Counted from the first letter of the stretch, positions 42,538 through 52,892 are shown. The stretch is 64,000 nt of DNA from an uncultured Planctomycetaceae bacterium (GCA_963815195.1 CAWFGE010000020.1:420028-484027); one strand, 5' to 3'. Numbers and translations: made by a program. The notes: generated by a model from the letters alone, not told the origin.

Positions 42538-43271
42538 GCGGGTTTCCTCCACGACAGCAAAAACCGCTGCGGCCAATGGTGGGAAATCGTCATTCCGTTG
42601 AGGCCGGCCTCTCGTGCCAGCTCCAGGGCTTCTTCGCTGGTGAATGCAGCGCGAACCGAAAGCGGCCCGTCATAATGTACGATGGCGGAACGAGTCAGCA
42701 AACGACATGCCACGTGCGCCAGGGCGAAACCCAAGCGGGTTCGGCGGAGATCGTTGATCAGCACCAATCGCCGGGCGGCCTCGGCCATCCGCCCCAACAA
42801 GCGTCTGGCATCGTCCCGGCTCTGATGATGCAAAAACAACGAACACATCAACACATCATAGTCCCTGGGCAAGTCATCGCTTAAGACATCCAAGGCAAAA
42901 AAACGAACCGGGGCCGATTCTTTTCCATTGCCGCCCGCCGAGGAATACTCGACCGCAAAGGGGTTGATGTCGCAGCCATCGATCTGGATCGGCAGGTTCG
43001 ACCGCCGGGCTCGCCGGGCGATTTCGCGGGTCACATCGCCGCCGCCGCAGGCCAAGTCGAGAACCCTCAGCGGGCGGTCTGCGGGAAGATCGCGCACCGA
43101 ACGTTTGAGGGCCGGCCAGAAAATCGCCGCACTCCGGCTGAGCCGGTTCACCCGTTTCAATCCCTCGAGCGCACGGCGATGCTGTTCGGGATCGAGGTCC
43201 GGATCGTCCATAAGTTCCGGCCGGCGGTCCCGCTCGGCGAGTTGTCGGTAAGTGGCGAGAATCGATTGCAT
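42534..43271 (-). CDS. Class I SAM-dependent methyltransferase of the type III PKS core cluster
   Basis: PELMDDPDLD, L..VNRLS, VLDLACGGGD, SLFLHH, NDLRR, DGPLSVRAAF. Confidence 0.88.
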   Translation of the reverse strand: MQSILATYRQLAERDRRPELMDDPDLDPEQHRRALEGLKRVNRLSRSAAIFWPALKRSVRDLPADRPLRVLDLACGGGDVTREIARRARRSNLPIQIDGCDINPFAVEYSSAGGNGKESAPVRFFALDVLSDDLPRDYDVLMCSLFLHHQSRDDARRLLGRMAEAARRLVLINDLRRTRLGFALAHVACRLLTRSAIVHYDGPLSVRAAFTSEEALELAREAGLNGMTISHHWPQRFLLSWRKPA

Positions 43272-43299
43272 TTCTTGGTGAGGAGCAAAGGCTTGGAAA

Positions 43300-43520
43300 T
43301 GAGGATGGAGAATAGAGGTTGGATGGTGTTTCGTTCTATCTTCCCTCCTCCATCTTCCATCCCCAACTGCGGGTGAGGGTGGCTGGGGCGCAAGGAAATG
43401 GATCAAGCGAAAAACGCGTTCCGAGACCTGGGGCCATGAAAGTTTTTTCTCTCGCGTTCATCGCCCCAGGATTTGCTTGCCTTACTTTATTCAATGAGTA
43501 ATCTGCGCCCCAGCCACCCC
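43300..43520. repeat. Two further inverted-repeat types (GGATGGA heptamer-like pair; GGGTGGCTGGGGCGCA pair)
   Basis: gaggatggagaatagagg / cctccatcttccatcc at ~43300-43362. gggtggctggggcgca (~43377) pairs with tgcgccccagccaccc (~43504). Confidence 0.55.
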
Positions 43521-43541
43521 ACCGCTTATCAGTTTGAGCAG

Positions 43542-44381
43542 TTACGCAAGCGGCTTTTGGGCGATGAAGCCGCCGTATTGCATGGCTCCGGATTCATAGG
43601 CCTGCCGGATGGTCCGAAACCGGTCGAGAAACATCACCGTATCCTGGTCGACGAGTTTGGCGAGCCAGCGGACGCCGGTGCGGCGGACCCGGCGTTCGCA
43701 AATCTCCCAGGTGCGAGCCACGCGGCTGGTCCAGTCGTGCCAGCCCGTGATGGTTAAGCCCGCGCCCTGCATCCAGCCTTGATAATCGTCCGCGGTTCCC
43801 AGCGAGGGGCAGAAGAAGCCTTCGCAGACGTCAAAGACCTGCTGGCGCTGCTCCTCGGTTTCCAGAGGATCGCCGGCGAGCCAGGCACAAATCGCCATCC
43901 GGCCGCCGGGCCTGAGCCAGGTGGCCGCCTTTTGAAAGAACGCCGGCTTGTCGAACAGATGCTCGGTGCATTCGATGCTCCAGACAATGTCGAAGGATGC
44001 GTCGGGAAAGCCAACTTGCTCGGCATCCTGATGCAGAAATTTTGTTCGCGAACCCACGCCTCCGAACAAAGCCGACGCTCTAGCCCAGCGGCGTTGGAAG
44101 CGGCTGATGGTCACGCCGGTCGATCGGCAGTTTCGCGTTTTGGCGAGATGAATCGAAGACCCGCCCATCCCGCAGCCGACGTCTAACAATTCTTCGCCGC
44201 CTTGAATCGCCGCGAGATCCGCGAGCGTTTCCGTGAGCTGCACCTGGGCCAGCCGGCAGGATTCGCTGCCGCTCCACAGCCCGTGGTGGATGTGCTTCCC
44301 CCAGAGCAAACGATAAAACAGCGTGGACAAATCATAATGTCCGCGAATGACGTCTTTTTCCACACGGGGGCATTCGAGCAT
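43542..44381 (-). CDS. SAM-dependent methyltransferase, tocopherol/sterol C-methyltransferase-like
   Basis: IRGHYD...LWGKHIHHGLW, LDVGCGMGGS..HLA, GVTIS, FDIVWSIECTEH..DK..F, LRPGG. Confidence 0.85.
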   Translation of the reverse strand: MLECPRVEKDVIRGHYDLSTLFYRLLWGKHIHHGLWSGSESCRLAQVQLTETLADLAAIQGGEELLDVGCGMGGSSIHLAKTRNCRSTGVTISRFQRRWARASALFGGVGSRTKFLHQDAEQVGFPDASFDIVWSIECTEHLFDKPAFFQKAATWLRPGGRMAICAWLAGDPLETEEQRQQVFDVCEGFFCPSLGTADDYQGWMQGAGLTITGWHDWTSRVARTWEICERRVRRTGVRWLAKLVDQDTVMFLDRFRTIRQAYESGAMQYGGFIAQKPLA

Positions 44382-44697
44382 AGAGAACCTCAAAACTTCC
44401 TTGTTGCAGGGGGCGAATCCTGTTGAAACCGCTTAACAGGCGTTGCGGAAATCCTCCCGGAAATGGCGGCCAATTACCAGGGCGGAGAATAAATACTAAG
44501 CTTGTAGTAGTCAATCCGAATCGGCGGCGGATGATGCATGTTATGGATTCCATTGGAATTGCGGCTCCGCGGGCCGCGGCTTTGGAAAAAACTTGGGATT
44601 GGGCTTTTCTACTATAGATTTCGTTTTTAGAATCCCACCCCGTTGGTTGCCTTGGAGGGCAAACCGGTTTTTCAAATCTCATCAAGGAGGAGAACTC

Positions 44698-45408
44698 ATG
44701 AAGCGAACGCAGCGATCGATTCTTGGAGGAACTTTATTGCTCGGGATCGCGGCGGCGGGTTTCGGCGCATATTCCCTGTTGTCGCCGGGCGGGATTGTCC
44801 CGCTGCCTTTGCCGGTGCAGGCGGCCGAAACGAAAACGGCCCTTTCGCCGGGTCAACTCGATCCCCAGATTAGCCGGGCCTATATCTACGTCGGCAAAAC
44901 GGGCCTGGGCCACGAGCACGCGGTCGTGGGAGCCGTGCGGTCGGGATCGATCCGCATGGGGGCCGCCAAGGACGCCGGCGAAATCGTGTTCGACATGCGC
45001 ACCTTCACGGCCGACACCGCCGAAGCCCGCCGGTACATCGGACTCGAGGGCGCGACCGCGGCCTCGACCCGGCAGCAGGTGAATGCCAACATGCTGGGCG
45101 CGGATGTCCTCCACGTGGCCCGCTTTCCCACGGCGACCTTTACGATTGACTCGGCTGCCAAACTCTCGAAGCCCAGCCGCAGCGGGAAACCGCAGTATCA
45201 ACTCGACGGCAAATTCACGCTGCACGGGGTGACACAACCGCTCAAAGTCATCGCCGAGGTGACCGAAGTCCAAGACAAGGTGCATCTGCGCGGATCGTTC
45301 GCGATTTTTCAAACCAGCTTCGGCATCACGCCCTATTCCAAAGCCTTCGGGGCCATCGGCGTGGCGAACCAGTTGACGATTCACGGCGACATCTGGCTCG
45401 CCAAGTAA
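44698..45408 (+). CDS. YceI-family lipid/isoprenoid-binding protein
   Basis: Signal/TM, LDPQISR, GHEH, L.VARFPTATF, GKFTLHGVTQP, QTSFGITPY. RBS AAGGAGG. Confidence 0.85.
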   Translation: MKRTQRSILGGTLLLGIAAAGFGAYSLLSPGGIVPLPLPVQAAETKTALSPGQLDPQISRAYIYVGKTGLGHEHAVVGAVRSGSIRMGAAKDAGEIVFDMRTFTADTAEARRYIGLEGATAASTRQQVNANMLGADVLHVARFPTATFTIDSAAKLSKPSRSGKPQYQLDGKFTLHGVTQPLKVIAEVTEVQDKVHLRGSFAIFQTSFGITPYSKAFGAIGVANQLTIHGDIWLAK

Positions 45409-45501
45409 TGCCGTTGAGTCAGAACCGCAATCAGCCGGAAAAGTCAAACCGGGGCTAGCGCCCTGCGGCTAATTTTTTCAACGCCACGCTTTGGGTTTGC
45501 C

Positions 45502-46320
45502 ATGGACGATCAGAAACCTTCACGACGAGAGCGATGGGCGGGCATCGCTTTCGGACTTTCCACGCACGCCCTGTTCGGCGTCACGGTGTGGCATTTGTTC
45601 TTCTTTTTGGACGGCGGCCACCGCACGGCTCGGGCGGGGTCGTTGTGGATCGACGCTGGCCTCGCGGGGCTGTTTGCGTTCCCGCACAGTCTGCTCTTGC
45701 ATCCGCGGGGCCGGCGGTTTTTCGGCCGTTGGATTCCCAAGCCATTTTACGGGTGTTTCTTTTGCCTGGCGACGTGTTTGTCGCTCTTGGCGGTGATCGC
45801 CGGCTGGCGGAGCGATGCGTTTTCGTTGTGGAATCTGGCGGGGTGGCCCGAGGTTTTGATGCAGTCTGCGTTTTTTGCGTCCTGGATTGCCATGTTGTAC
45901 AGCATGAGCCTCACGGGAATCGGCTACCAAACCGGTTGGACCCCCTGGTGGCATTGGCTGCGAAATCGGCCACTTCCCAAGCGGGATTTCACGCCGCGCG
46001 GCGCCTATCACTGGATTCGGCATCCTATCTATCTCAGCTTTTTGGGGCTATTATGGTTTACGCCGGCGATGACCGCCGACCGCGCGGTGCTCACCTTCAT
46101 TTGGACCGTTTACATCTTCGTGGGCAGCCATCTGAAGGATGAGCGGTTGGCGTTTTTCCTCGGCGAATCGTACCGGGACTATCAAAGACGTGTTCCCGCC
46201 TATCCCTTGTTTTCCCTCTCGCCACGAGGCCGGCGAAACGTATTGCCGATGGATCCACCTGAACTTCCATCCCAGGAATCTCCGCCGATGACGACGTCAA
46301 TCCCTCAAAAGGCGGCTTGA
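45502..46320 (+). CDS. Membrane methyltransferase of ICMT/PEMT superfamily (nurim/MddA-like)
   Basis: Multi-TM; LF...HSL, GAYHWIRHPIYL, WFTPAMT, Y...G..L.DERL...GESYRDYQRRVP. Confidence 0.75.
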   Translation: MDDQKPSRRERWAGIAFGLSTHALFGVTVWHLFFFLDGGHRTARAGSLWIDAGLAGLFAFPHSLLLHPRGRRFFGRWIPKPFYGCFFCLATCLSLLAVIAGWRSDAFSLWNLAGWPEVLMQSAFFASWIAMLYSMSLTGIGYQTGWTPWWHWLRNRPLPKRDFTPRGAYHWIRHPIYLSFLGLLWFTPAMTADRAVLTFIWTVYIFVGSHLKDERLAFFLGESYRDYQRRVPAYPLFSLSPRGRRNVLPMDPPELPSQESPPMTTSIPQKAA

Positions 46321-46337
46321 TTCCAAGCGGAGACCTC

Positions 46338-48713
46338 ATGTCCGGCCGACCGGGAACCTACCGACTTGTCATGCTGTTCGTGGTCCTGACGCTGCCTGTC
46401 ATGGGATGGGCGGCGTTTCAGGCTCTCCAGACCAACGCCAATTCCCCGCTGGATTGGGTTCCGCCCAGTTTCCCCGCCCGCGCCGATTACGAAGCCTTCC
46501 GCAAAGAGTTCGGAACCGGTGATGTCGTCGTCATCAGTTGGCCCGGCTGCACGGTCGAGGATCGGCGGCTGGACCTGGTCGCCAAATATCTGCGGGAATC
46601 GCGGAATTTTTTCAATCCGGATTACCAATGGAAGTTTGAACGCGTCGTCACCGGCCGGGAGGTGTTTCAGCAACTGGTGGACGCCCCCTTGAACTTGCCC
46701 GTTGCCGAGGCCCGGCGGCGGCTCCAGGGATCGCTGCTCGGCTCGGACGGAGAGACCACCTGCATCATCGCGGCGCTCACGCCCGAAGCGATGGCGGAGC
46801 GGCGAAACGTGGTGCTGACGATTCACGCGGTGCTCAAAGCCTGCGGGATCCCCTTGGCCGATCAGCACATCGCCGGCCCGGTGATCGACGGACTGTCCGT
46901 GGACGAAGCGGGCCGGCAGTCGATGTCCCATTTGGTGCCGCCGTCGGCCTTGGTGGTGTTTCTCGTGTGCTGTTGGAGTTTGAGGTCGTTCCGGGCGGCG
47001 TGTTTGGTGTTTCTGCTCTCGGTTTACGCCCAGGGCCTGACGCTAGCCATGCTGCATTTGGGCGGCGAGACGATGAGCGCGCTCCTGATTGTCTTGCCGC
47101 CCTTGATTCAAGTGCTGGCCGTCGCCGGGGGCATTCATCTCATCAATTATTATTGGGACGCCGCGCGAAAAGGCGGCGATCACCCGGCTGGGCGGGCGTT
47201 TCGCGTAGGTTGGCTGCCTTGCGTGCTTGCCAGCGCGACGACGGCCCTGGGATTGGGATCGCTGTTGGTCAGCGATTTGACGCCGATCCAGTTGTTCGGC
47301 ACCTACGGAGCGGCCGGCGTGCTCGTGACGCTCGCTCTGCTCTTGGCCGTGCTGCCGGGCACGCTCGCGCGCTGGCCGATTCCCGCCCCGGCTTCCGACG
47401 CCGGGAATCCGCACGCAGGCGACCCGTGGCCGAAGCTGACCGAGTGGATCATACGTTATCACAAGGCGATCCTGGGGTTGATCTTTGCGGGCATGCTGAC
47501 GGCGGGGTTCGGCTTGAGGCAACTGCAAACATCCGTCCGCATTGAAACGCTGTTTTCGCCCGAGAGCCGGATTCTCCGGGACTACCGTTGGCTGGAAGAG
47601 CACGTGGCCCCGCTCGTGCCGATTGAAGTCGTGGTGCGGTTCCCCGTCAACGACCGCTGGCCGCTGTCGGAGCAACTGGAGTTCGTCCGCAAGATCGAAC
47701 GCCGAGTCGCGGATGTGGAACACGTCCAAGGCACGCTGTCCGCCAATACCTTTTTGCCGTCCGCAAAGGGGGCCCGGGAGGATTCCTTCTTTTCCGCCGC
47801 CCGGAGGCATCGCGTGCTGACGCGGGCTCTCCCGGCTTTGATCGAACGCCGCTACGTGGCCGAGACGGAAGGCGAATGGGAATGGATGGCCGGGCAGGGC
47901 TTGGAGAAGCCGCGGTTTCGCGACTGGCGAATCTCGGCCCACGTCTCGGCCGTGGATCCGTTGGACTACGGCCGGATTTTGGAGAGCGTTCGCGAGCAGG
48001 TGAATCCCGTCCTTCCCGCCGGCAAGATGCGGATTTCCAACCGCGTCACGGCACGTTACACCGGCATCATGCCCCTCGTGCACGCCATTCAATACCGGCT
48101 GATGGCGAATTTGTTTCAAAGTTTTCTGATGGCCTTCGGCACGATTGCCTTCGTGATGATTCTCCTCCAGGGCGGGATTCTCATGGGATTGTTGTCGATG
48201 ATTCCCAACATCCTTCCCGCCGTGCTCTTGTTGGGGGGGCTGGGTTGGGCCGGGGTGCGGTTGGACATCGGCTCGGTGATGACGATCAGCGTGGGCCTGG
48301 GCATTGCCGTCGATGACACGCTGCATTTCCTCGTCTCGTACCGCCGAAACCTGGAAGCGGGCCTGACCAGCACCGCCGCGGTCCGCGAAACCTACGAGCA
48401 CTGCGGGGCGGCGATGATTCAAACGTCGTTCACCTGCGGCTTGGGCTTGTTGACCTTCGCCATGAGCGATTTCCTGCCGACCCGCCGGTTCGCGTGGATG
48501 ATGCTCGCGTTTCTGATGCTGGCCTTGTTGGGCGATCTCTTGTTATTGCCGGCTTTGCTCCTGAGTCCGCTGGGCCGCTGTTTTCGCTCGTCCAAGACCA
48601 CCCTGGAGCCCGAGGGAATCGGCAACGGAACCAATGAGTTCACCACGGATACAGATAACACGGATGAAACCCAGATAACGCATCGCGGATTACCTTTCCT
48701 CTCCCCGGATTGA
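46338..48713 (+). CDS. MMPL/RND-family lipid transporter
   Basis: Two 6-TM halves with large loops; IAGPVI, TTALGLGSL, GLGIAVDDTLHF, SDFLPTRRF. Confidence 0.88.
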   Translation: MSGRPGTYRLVMLFVVLTLPVMGWAAFQALQTNANSPLDWVPPSFPARADYEAFRKEFGTGDVVVISWPGCTVEDRRLDLVAKYLRESRNFFNPDYQWKFERVVTGREVFQQLVDAPLNLPVAEARRRLQGSLLGSDGETTCIIAALTPEAMAERRNVVLTIHAVLKACGIPLADQHIAGPVIDGLSVDEAGRQSMSHLVPPSALVVFLVCCWSLRSFRAACLVFLLSVYAQGLTLAMLHLGGETMSALLIVLPPLIQVLAVAGGIHLINYYWDAARKGGDHPAGRAFRVGWLPCVLASATTALGLGSLLVSDLTPIQLFGTYGAAGVLVTLALLLAVLPGTLARWPIPAPASDAGNPHAGDPWPKLTEWIIRYHKAILGLIFAGMLTAGFGLRQLQTSVRIETLFSPESRILRDYRWLEEHVAPLVPIEVVVRFPVNDRWPLSEQLEFVRKIERRVADVEHVQGTLSANTFLPSAKGAREDSFFSAARRHRVLTRALPALIERRYVAETEGEWEWMAGQGLEKPRFRDWRISAHVSAVDPLDYGRILESVREQVNPVLPAGKMRISNRVTARYTGIMPLVHAIQYRLMANLFQSFLMAFGTIAFVMILLQGGILMGLLSMIPNILPAVLLLGGLGWAGVRLDIGSVMTISVGLGIAVDDTLHFLVSYRRNLEAGLTSTAAVRETYEHCGAAMIQTSFTCGLGLLTFAMSDFLPTRRFAWMMLAFLMLALLGDLLLLPALLLSPLGRCFRSSKTTLEPEGIGNGTNEFTTDTDNTDETQITHRGLPFLSPD

Positions 48714-48859
48714 TTGTTTTGAGTTTCCGCACCCAAAGCGATTGGTTTAATCCGTTCTCGCGTCTTTTTCACGTTTTCGCTCTTCCACTCCGATGAGTCC
48801 TGTTGGACAATCGAGGAGGTTTCCCTGTGTCGCAGATCGCTGAGTAAGGATGAAAACCG

Positions 48860-49156
48860 ATGAGCTTCACCCTCGACCGAATGCTGGCCCTGTTGGTGAT
48901 GCTGGTGAACGGCGTGCTAGGCGCTGTCTTGGGGCATTTTTCGGAAAGCCGGTGGCGCGAGGCGGGACTCGCGGTGCTGTTGTCGCTGCCGGGCCTGTTT
49001 GTGATTTGGCTGCGCGAATCGCTGCAGGACAGTGAACTGGCTTTCCCGCGCGGCGTGCGAAACGCGTCTCCACCCGGACTCTTGGCGTTTTTGGGCTGGC
49101 TTTGGCTGCTCGGCATTCCGATCTTGTATATCTACAAATTGAACGAGCATTTCTGA
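48860..49156 (+). CDS. Small hypothetical membrane protein
   Basis: 98 aa with three hydrophobic segments; AAGGA upstream. Confidence 0.55.
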   Translation: MSFTLDRMLALLVMLVNGVLGAVLGHFSESRWREAGLAVLLSLPGLFVIWLRESLQDSELAFPRGVRNASPPGLLAFLGWLWLLGIPILYIYKLNEHF

Positions 49157-49392
49157 GCGGCAAAGGCGCTAGCGGCGGTCTTGACTTTGTCACTGCATCC
49201 GGAGGCTATTCCTGGGTCAAACCGAAGACTTGGGGTCGACAAATTAGCCGCAGGGCGCGAGCCCCGGTTCTTCTCTGAGCGGACGCGAGCGTGTTCCGGC
49301 CGATAGGCGTTGGCAATTTCCGTGAAAGCGTTGTAAACTTCGCCAGTCCCTCGGGGTTTCTGCCGGCTCGCTTGTCTTTTTCCCGATCTGAA

Positions 49393-50517
49393 ATGATGAT
49401 TCGCAAAATCGTGGCCTTCGGCGTGGTGGCTGCCGTTCTGATCGGGATCCTCCTCTACAGCCAACTCACGGCGGAGCCGCTCAAGGTGTCGGGGTATATC
49501 GAAGCCGATGAAATCCGCCTCGGTTCGCGGGTCGGCGGGCGGGTGCTGGCGGTGCATGTGGACGAAGGCGCCGTGGTGAAGCCCGGGCAGGTGCTGGTCG
49601 AGTTAGCTCCTTACGATTTGATGGAGAAGCGAGCGGAAGCCGAGGCCCGCTGGAAAGAGCAAACCGCGCACTATCAGCAACTCAAAGACGGTTATCGCCC
49701 GGAGGAGATCGCGGCGGCCAAAGCTCAATACGAGCAACTCAAAGCCGAGTGGGAAAAGGCCAAGAGCGGCCCGCGTCCGCAGGAGATCGAAGTCGCCCGT
49801 GCGGAACTGGATGCGGCCAAGGCCGATGTGGAACTGGAGAAGAAACAGCACGAGCGCGTGGTCTCGTTCTATGCCAAGGGGGCCGCCACGAAAAATGAAC
49901 TCGATCAAGCCAACGAGGGATTGGAAGCGGCCCAGGCCCAGCGGAATGCGAGCGAAAAGAAACTCGATCTCTTGTTGGCGGGAACGCGGGCGGAAGACAT
50001 CGCCGCCGCCAAAGCCCGCAGGGATCAGGCGGAAGCCGAGTGGCAGCTCCGCCAGAAGGGTTATCGGACCGAGGACATCGAACAAGCCTATTCCGCGATG
50101 CGAGCCGCCGAGCACGCCACGGAGGCCTTGGATCGGCAAGTGGAGGAACTCAAGGTAATGGCCCCCTTGGTGGGCACGGTGCAGGCGATCGATCTTCAGC
50201 CGGGCGACATGGTGAGCGCCAACGCCCCCGCCTTGTCGATGCTCGACACCCGCCATCTGTGGGTCCGGGCCTATGTGCCAGAGAACGATCTCGGGCTGTC
50301 GCTCGGCCAGCGGGTAAAAGTCACCGTCGATAGTTTCCCGGACGAAGAATTCGCCGGCAAGGTGACTTTCATCGCCCGTCAGGCCGAGTTCACACCCCGC
50401 AACGTGCAAACGCCCGAGGAGCGGTCGAAACAGGTCTATCGCATCAAAGTGCATCTCGTGACCGGCCTGGACAAGCTCAGGCCCGGCATGGGGGCCGACG
50501 TGTGGTTGGAACCATGA
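49393..50517 (+). CDS. HlyD-family membrane fusion protein
   Basis: SGYIEADEI.LGSRVGGRV..V.V.EG..V, long coiled coil, WVRAYVPE, AEFTPRNVQT..ER...VYRIKV, PGM.ADV. Confidence 0.92.
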   Translation: MMIRKIVAFGVVAAVLIGILLYSQLTAEPLKVSGYIEADEIRLGSRVGGRVLAVHVDEGAVVKPGQVLVELAPYDLMEKRAEAEARWKEQTAHYQQLKDGYRPEEIAAAKAQYEQLKAEWEKAKSGPRPQEIEVARAELDAAKADVELEKKQHERVVSFYAKGAATKNELDQANEGLEAAQAQRNASEKKLDLLLAGTRAEDIAAAKARRDQAEAEWQLRQKGYRTEDIEQAYSAMRAAEHATEALDRQVEELKVMAPLVGTVQAIDLQPGDMVSANAPALSMLDTRHLWVRAYVPENDLGLSLGQRVKVTVDSFPDEEFAGKVTFIARQAEFTPRNVQTPEERSKQVYRIKVHLVTGLDKLRPGMGADVWLEP

Positions 50518-52745
50518 GCGATCTGGTCATCGATATTCGGCATCTGACCCGCCGGTTTGGCGATTTGACCGCGGTGCGGGATGTCTCCCTCGAAATCGAG
50601 CGCGGGGCGATTTACGGGCTGCTCGGCCCCAACGGCAGCGGCAAATCGACCATCATCCGCATGCTCTGCGGCGTGTTGCCCCCGAGCGACGGCGAAGTGT
50701 TCGTCCTCGGCCAGAATGTCCGCGAGGATCCCGAATCCATCAAACGCGACATCGGCTACATGTCGCAATCCTTCAGCCTGTATGCCGACCTGAGCGTCCG
50801 CGAGAACATCGAGTTTTACGGGCGGATTTACGGCCTCTCGCCGGAGCGGTTGGAAGAACGCCGGGAGGCCGTGCTCTCGCTGACAAACCTCCACGATCAG
50901 CAAAAAAAACTCGCGGGGACGCTTTCCGGCGGCTGGAAACAGCGGCTGGCGCTCGCGAGCGCTCTGGTTCACGAGCCCGACATGCTGTTTCTGGACGAGC
51001 CGACCGCAGGCATCGATCCCGTGGCCCGGCGGGACTTGTGGGATTTGCTTTACCAGCTCGCGGCTCAGGATGTGACGCTTCTGGTCACCACGCATTACAT
51101 GGACGAAGCCGAGCGCTGCACGGAGATCGGTTATTTGTACCAATCGCGGCTGATCGTCTCCGGCCGGCCGGATGAACTCAAAAAGCGCGACGATGTGACG
51201 CCGCCGGGCACCAGGCGCTGGGAACTCGCCACCGCCGATCCTGCCGAGGCCCTCGAAACGCTGCGGAAGACGGAAGGCGTCGTGGATGCGACGTTCTTCG
51301 GGCAGACGATCCACGTTTTGGCCGAGGACAAACTGACCCCCGACGATTTTGCAAAAAAGGTTTCGCTGGCCCATGAAGAGGGCGTTCGCCCCGTCACGCC
51401 TTCGCTCGAGGATGTGTTCGTCACGCTCACCCGCCGGGCCGCCCAACACTCTTTGGAAGCGGGCCCTGCGGAAAACGCGAATCCAATCAACTCAAACGAA
51501 CAAGCCGCCCCGCCGAAGTCGGAAGACGAACATAACGCAGCGCCGGAAACCACCGAACCCACGACGGCGCAACCGCGCAACCGCGGGTTCGATCGCGCAA
51601 CGTTCGGGTTTCTGGCGATCTTTTTGAAAGAGTTCGCCCACATTCGCCGGCAGCCGATCACGCTGTTTTTTATGTTCGCCGTTCCCATGCTGCAGATGCT
51701 CGTCTTCGGGTATGCGATCGAGACCGAAATCGAGCACATCCCGGTCGTCGTTTTAGATTTTGACGGCCGGCAGGATGCGCGCGACCTCCGCGAAGCGTTC
51801 GTGAATACCCGCACCTTTGATGAGATCGAGCGGGCCACCGACTGGCAGGCGTTTCGCGATGCGCTGGCTTCGGGGCGGGCGAAAGTCGGTCTCATCATTC
51901 CGCCCGACTATACCGACCGCTTGCTTCGAGGCGAACAGGCCCACGTGCAGGTGCTGATCGACGGCAGCGATTCCCAAGTCGCCACGACCGCGCTCAGCAC
52001 GACGAACCTGCTGGGCGAGTCGTTGTCGCTCGGCAAAGCCCGCGTGTTTGTGGAGACGCTGCCCGCGGTGCCTTCGCGGGACAAGTGGGGCGAACCGGCG
52101 CTCCCCATCGAAATGCGGCCCCGGCTTTTATATAACCCCAACCTGGAAAGCGAACGCTTTTTCGTCCCGGGCCTGGTGGGGATCATTTTGCAACTGGTGA
52201 CGCTGTTCCTCACCTCGTTCGCCATCGTCCGCGAGCGGGAACTCGGCACATTAGAGCAACTCTTCGTCACCCCCGTGGGCCGGGCGGGACTCCTCTTGGG
52301 GAAACTCTTGCCCTATGCGGTGTTGGCGTTTGTGGAAGTGCTCGCGGTATTGGTCGTGATGGTTTACGTGTTCGGCGTCCCCATCCGCGGGCGGTTGGAT
52401 GTGCTCTTGTCGCTGTCGTTATTATTTTTGCTCTGCGGGCTGGGGTTGGGGCTGTTGGTGTCCACGCTTGCGAAAACGCAATTGGCGGCAATTCAGTTCG
52501 CCTTCATCATCATGCTGCCTTCGGTGCTCCTCTCAGGCTTTATGTTCCCCCGCAGCCAAATGCCCGTGCCGATTTACCTGATCACGTTCGGGATCCCCGT
52601 GACGTATTTTCTGGAAATTTTGAGGGGCATCATTCTTCGCGGAGCGGGCTTCGGCGATTTGATCCCCCACATCGCCGGCCTCGCCATTTGCTGCGCCGTA
52701 ATCCTGATCTTAAGCGTGACGCGGTTCCAAAAGCAGTTGACGTAG
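50514..52745 (+). CDS. ABC-2 exporter, ATPase fused to permease
   Basis: GPNGSGKST, LSGGWKQRL, LDEPTAGID, then ABC-2 permease (YNPNL, FVPGL, RERELGTLEQLFVTP, LSGFMFP). ATGA overlap with the HlyD gene. Confidence 0.92.
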   Translation: MSDLVIDIRHLTRRFGDLTAVRDVSLEIERGAIYGLLGPNGSGKSTIIRMLCGVLPPSDGEVFVLGQNVREDPESIKRDIGYMSQSFSLYADLSVRENIEFYGRIYGLSPERLEERREAVLSLTNLHDQQKKLAGTLSGGWKQRLALASALVHEPDMLFLDEPTAGIDPVARRDLWDLLYQLAAQDVTLLVTTHYMDEAERCTEIGYLYQSRLIVSGRPDELKKRDDVTPPGTRRWELATADPAEALETLRKTEGVVDATFFGQTIHVLAEDKLTPDDFAKKVSLAHEEGVRPVTPSLEDVFVTLTRRAAQHSLEAGPAENANPINSNEQAAPPKSEDEHNAAPETTEPTTAQPRNRGFDRATFGFLAIFLKEFAHIRRQPITLFFMFAVPMLQMLVFGYAIETEIEHIPVVVLDFDGRQDARDLREAFVNTRTFDEIERATDWQAFRDALASGRAKVGLIIPPDYTDRLLRGEQAHVQVLIDGSDSQVATTALSTTNLLGESLSLGKARVFVETLPAVPSRDKWGEPALPIEMRPRLLYNPNLESERFFVPGLVGIILQLVTLFLTSFAIVRERELGTLEQLFVTPVGRAGLLLGKLLPYAVLAFVEVLAVLVVMVYVFGVPIRGRLDVLLSLSLLFLLCGLGLGLLVSTLAKTQLAAIQFAFIIMLPSVLLSGFMFPRSQMPVPIYLITFGIPVTYFLEILRGIILRGAGFGDLIPHIAGLAICCAVILILSVTRFQKQLT

Positions 52746-52892
52746 CGTCGCGCGACAAATAGCTGTCGCATTTATTAGCCGCAGGGCGCTAGCCTCGGTT
52801 CGCGGCGAGAACCAGAGGCTGGTGTTGCGCATGCTATAGTTTGGAATGATTTGGGCCAAAACGATTCTTCAAGGCAGACAAAGGGTTCCGGA

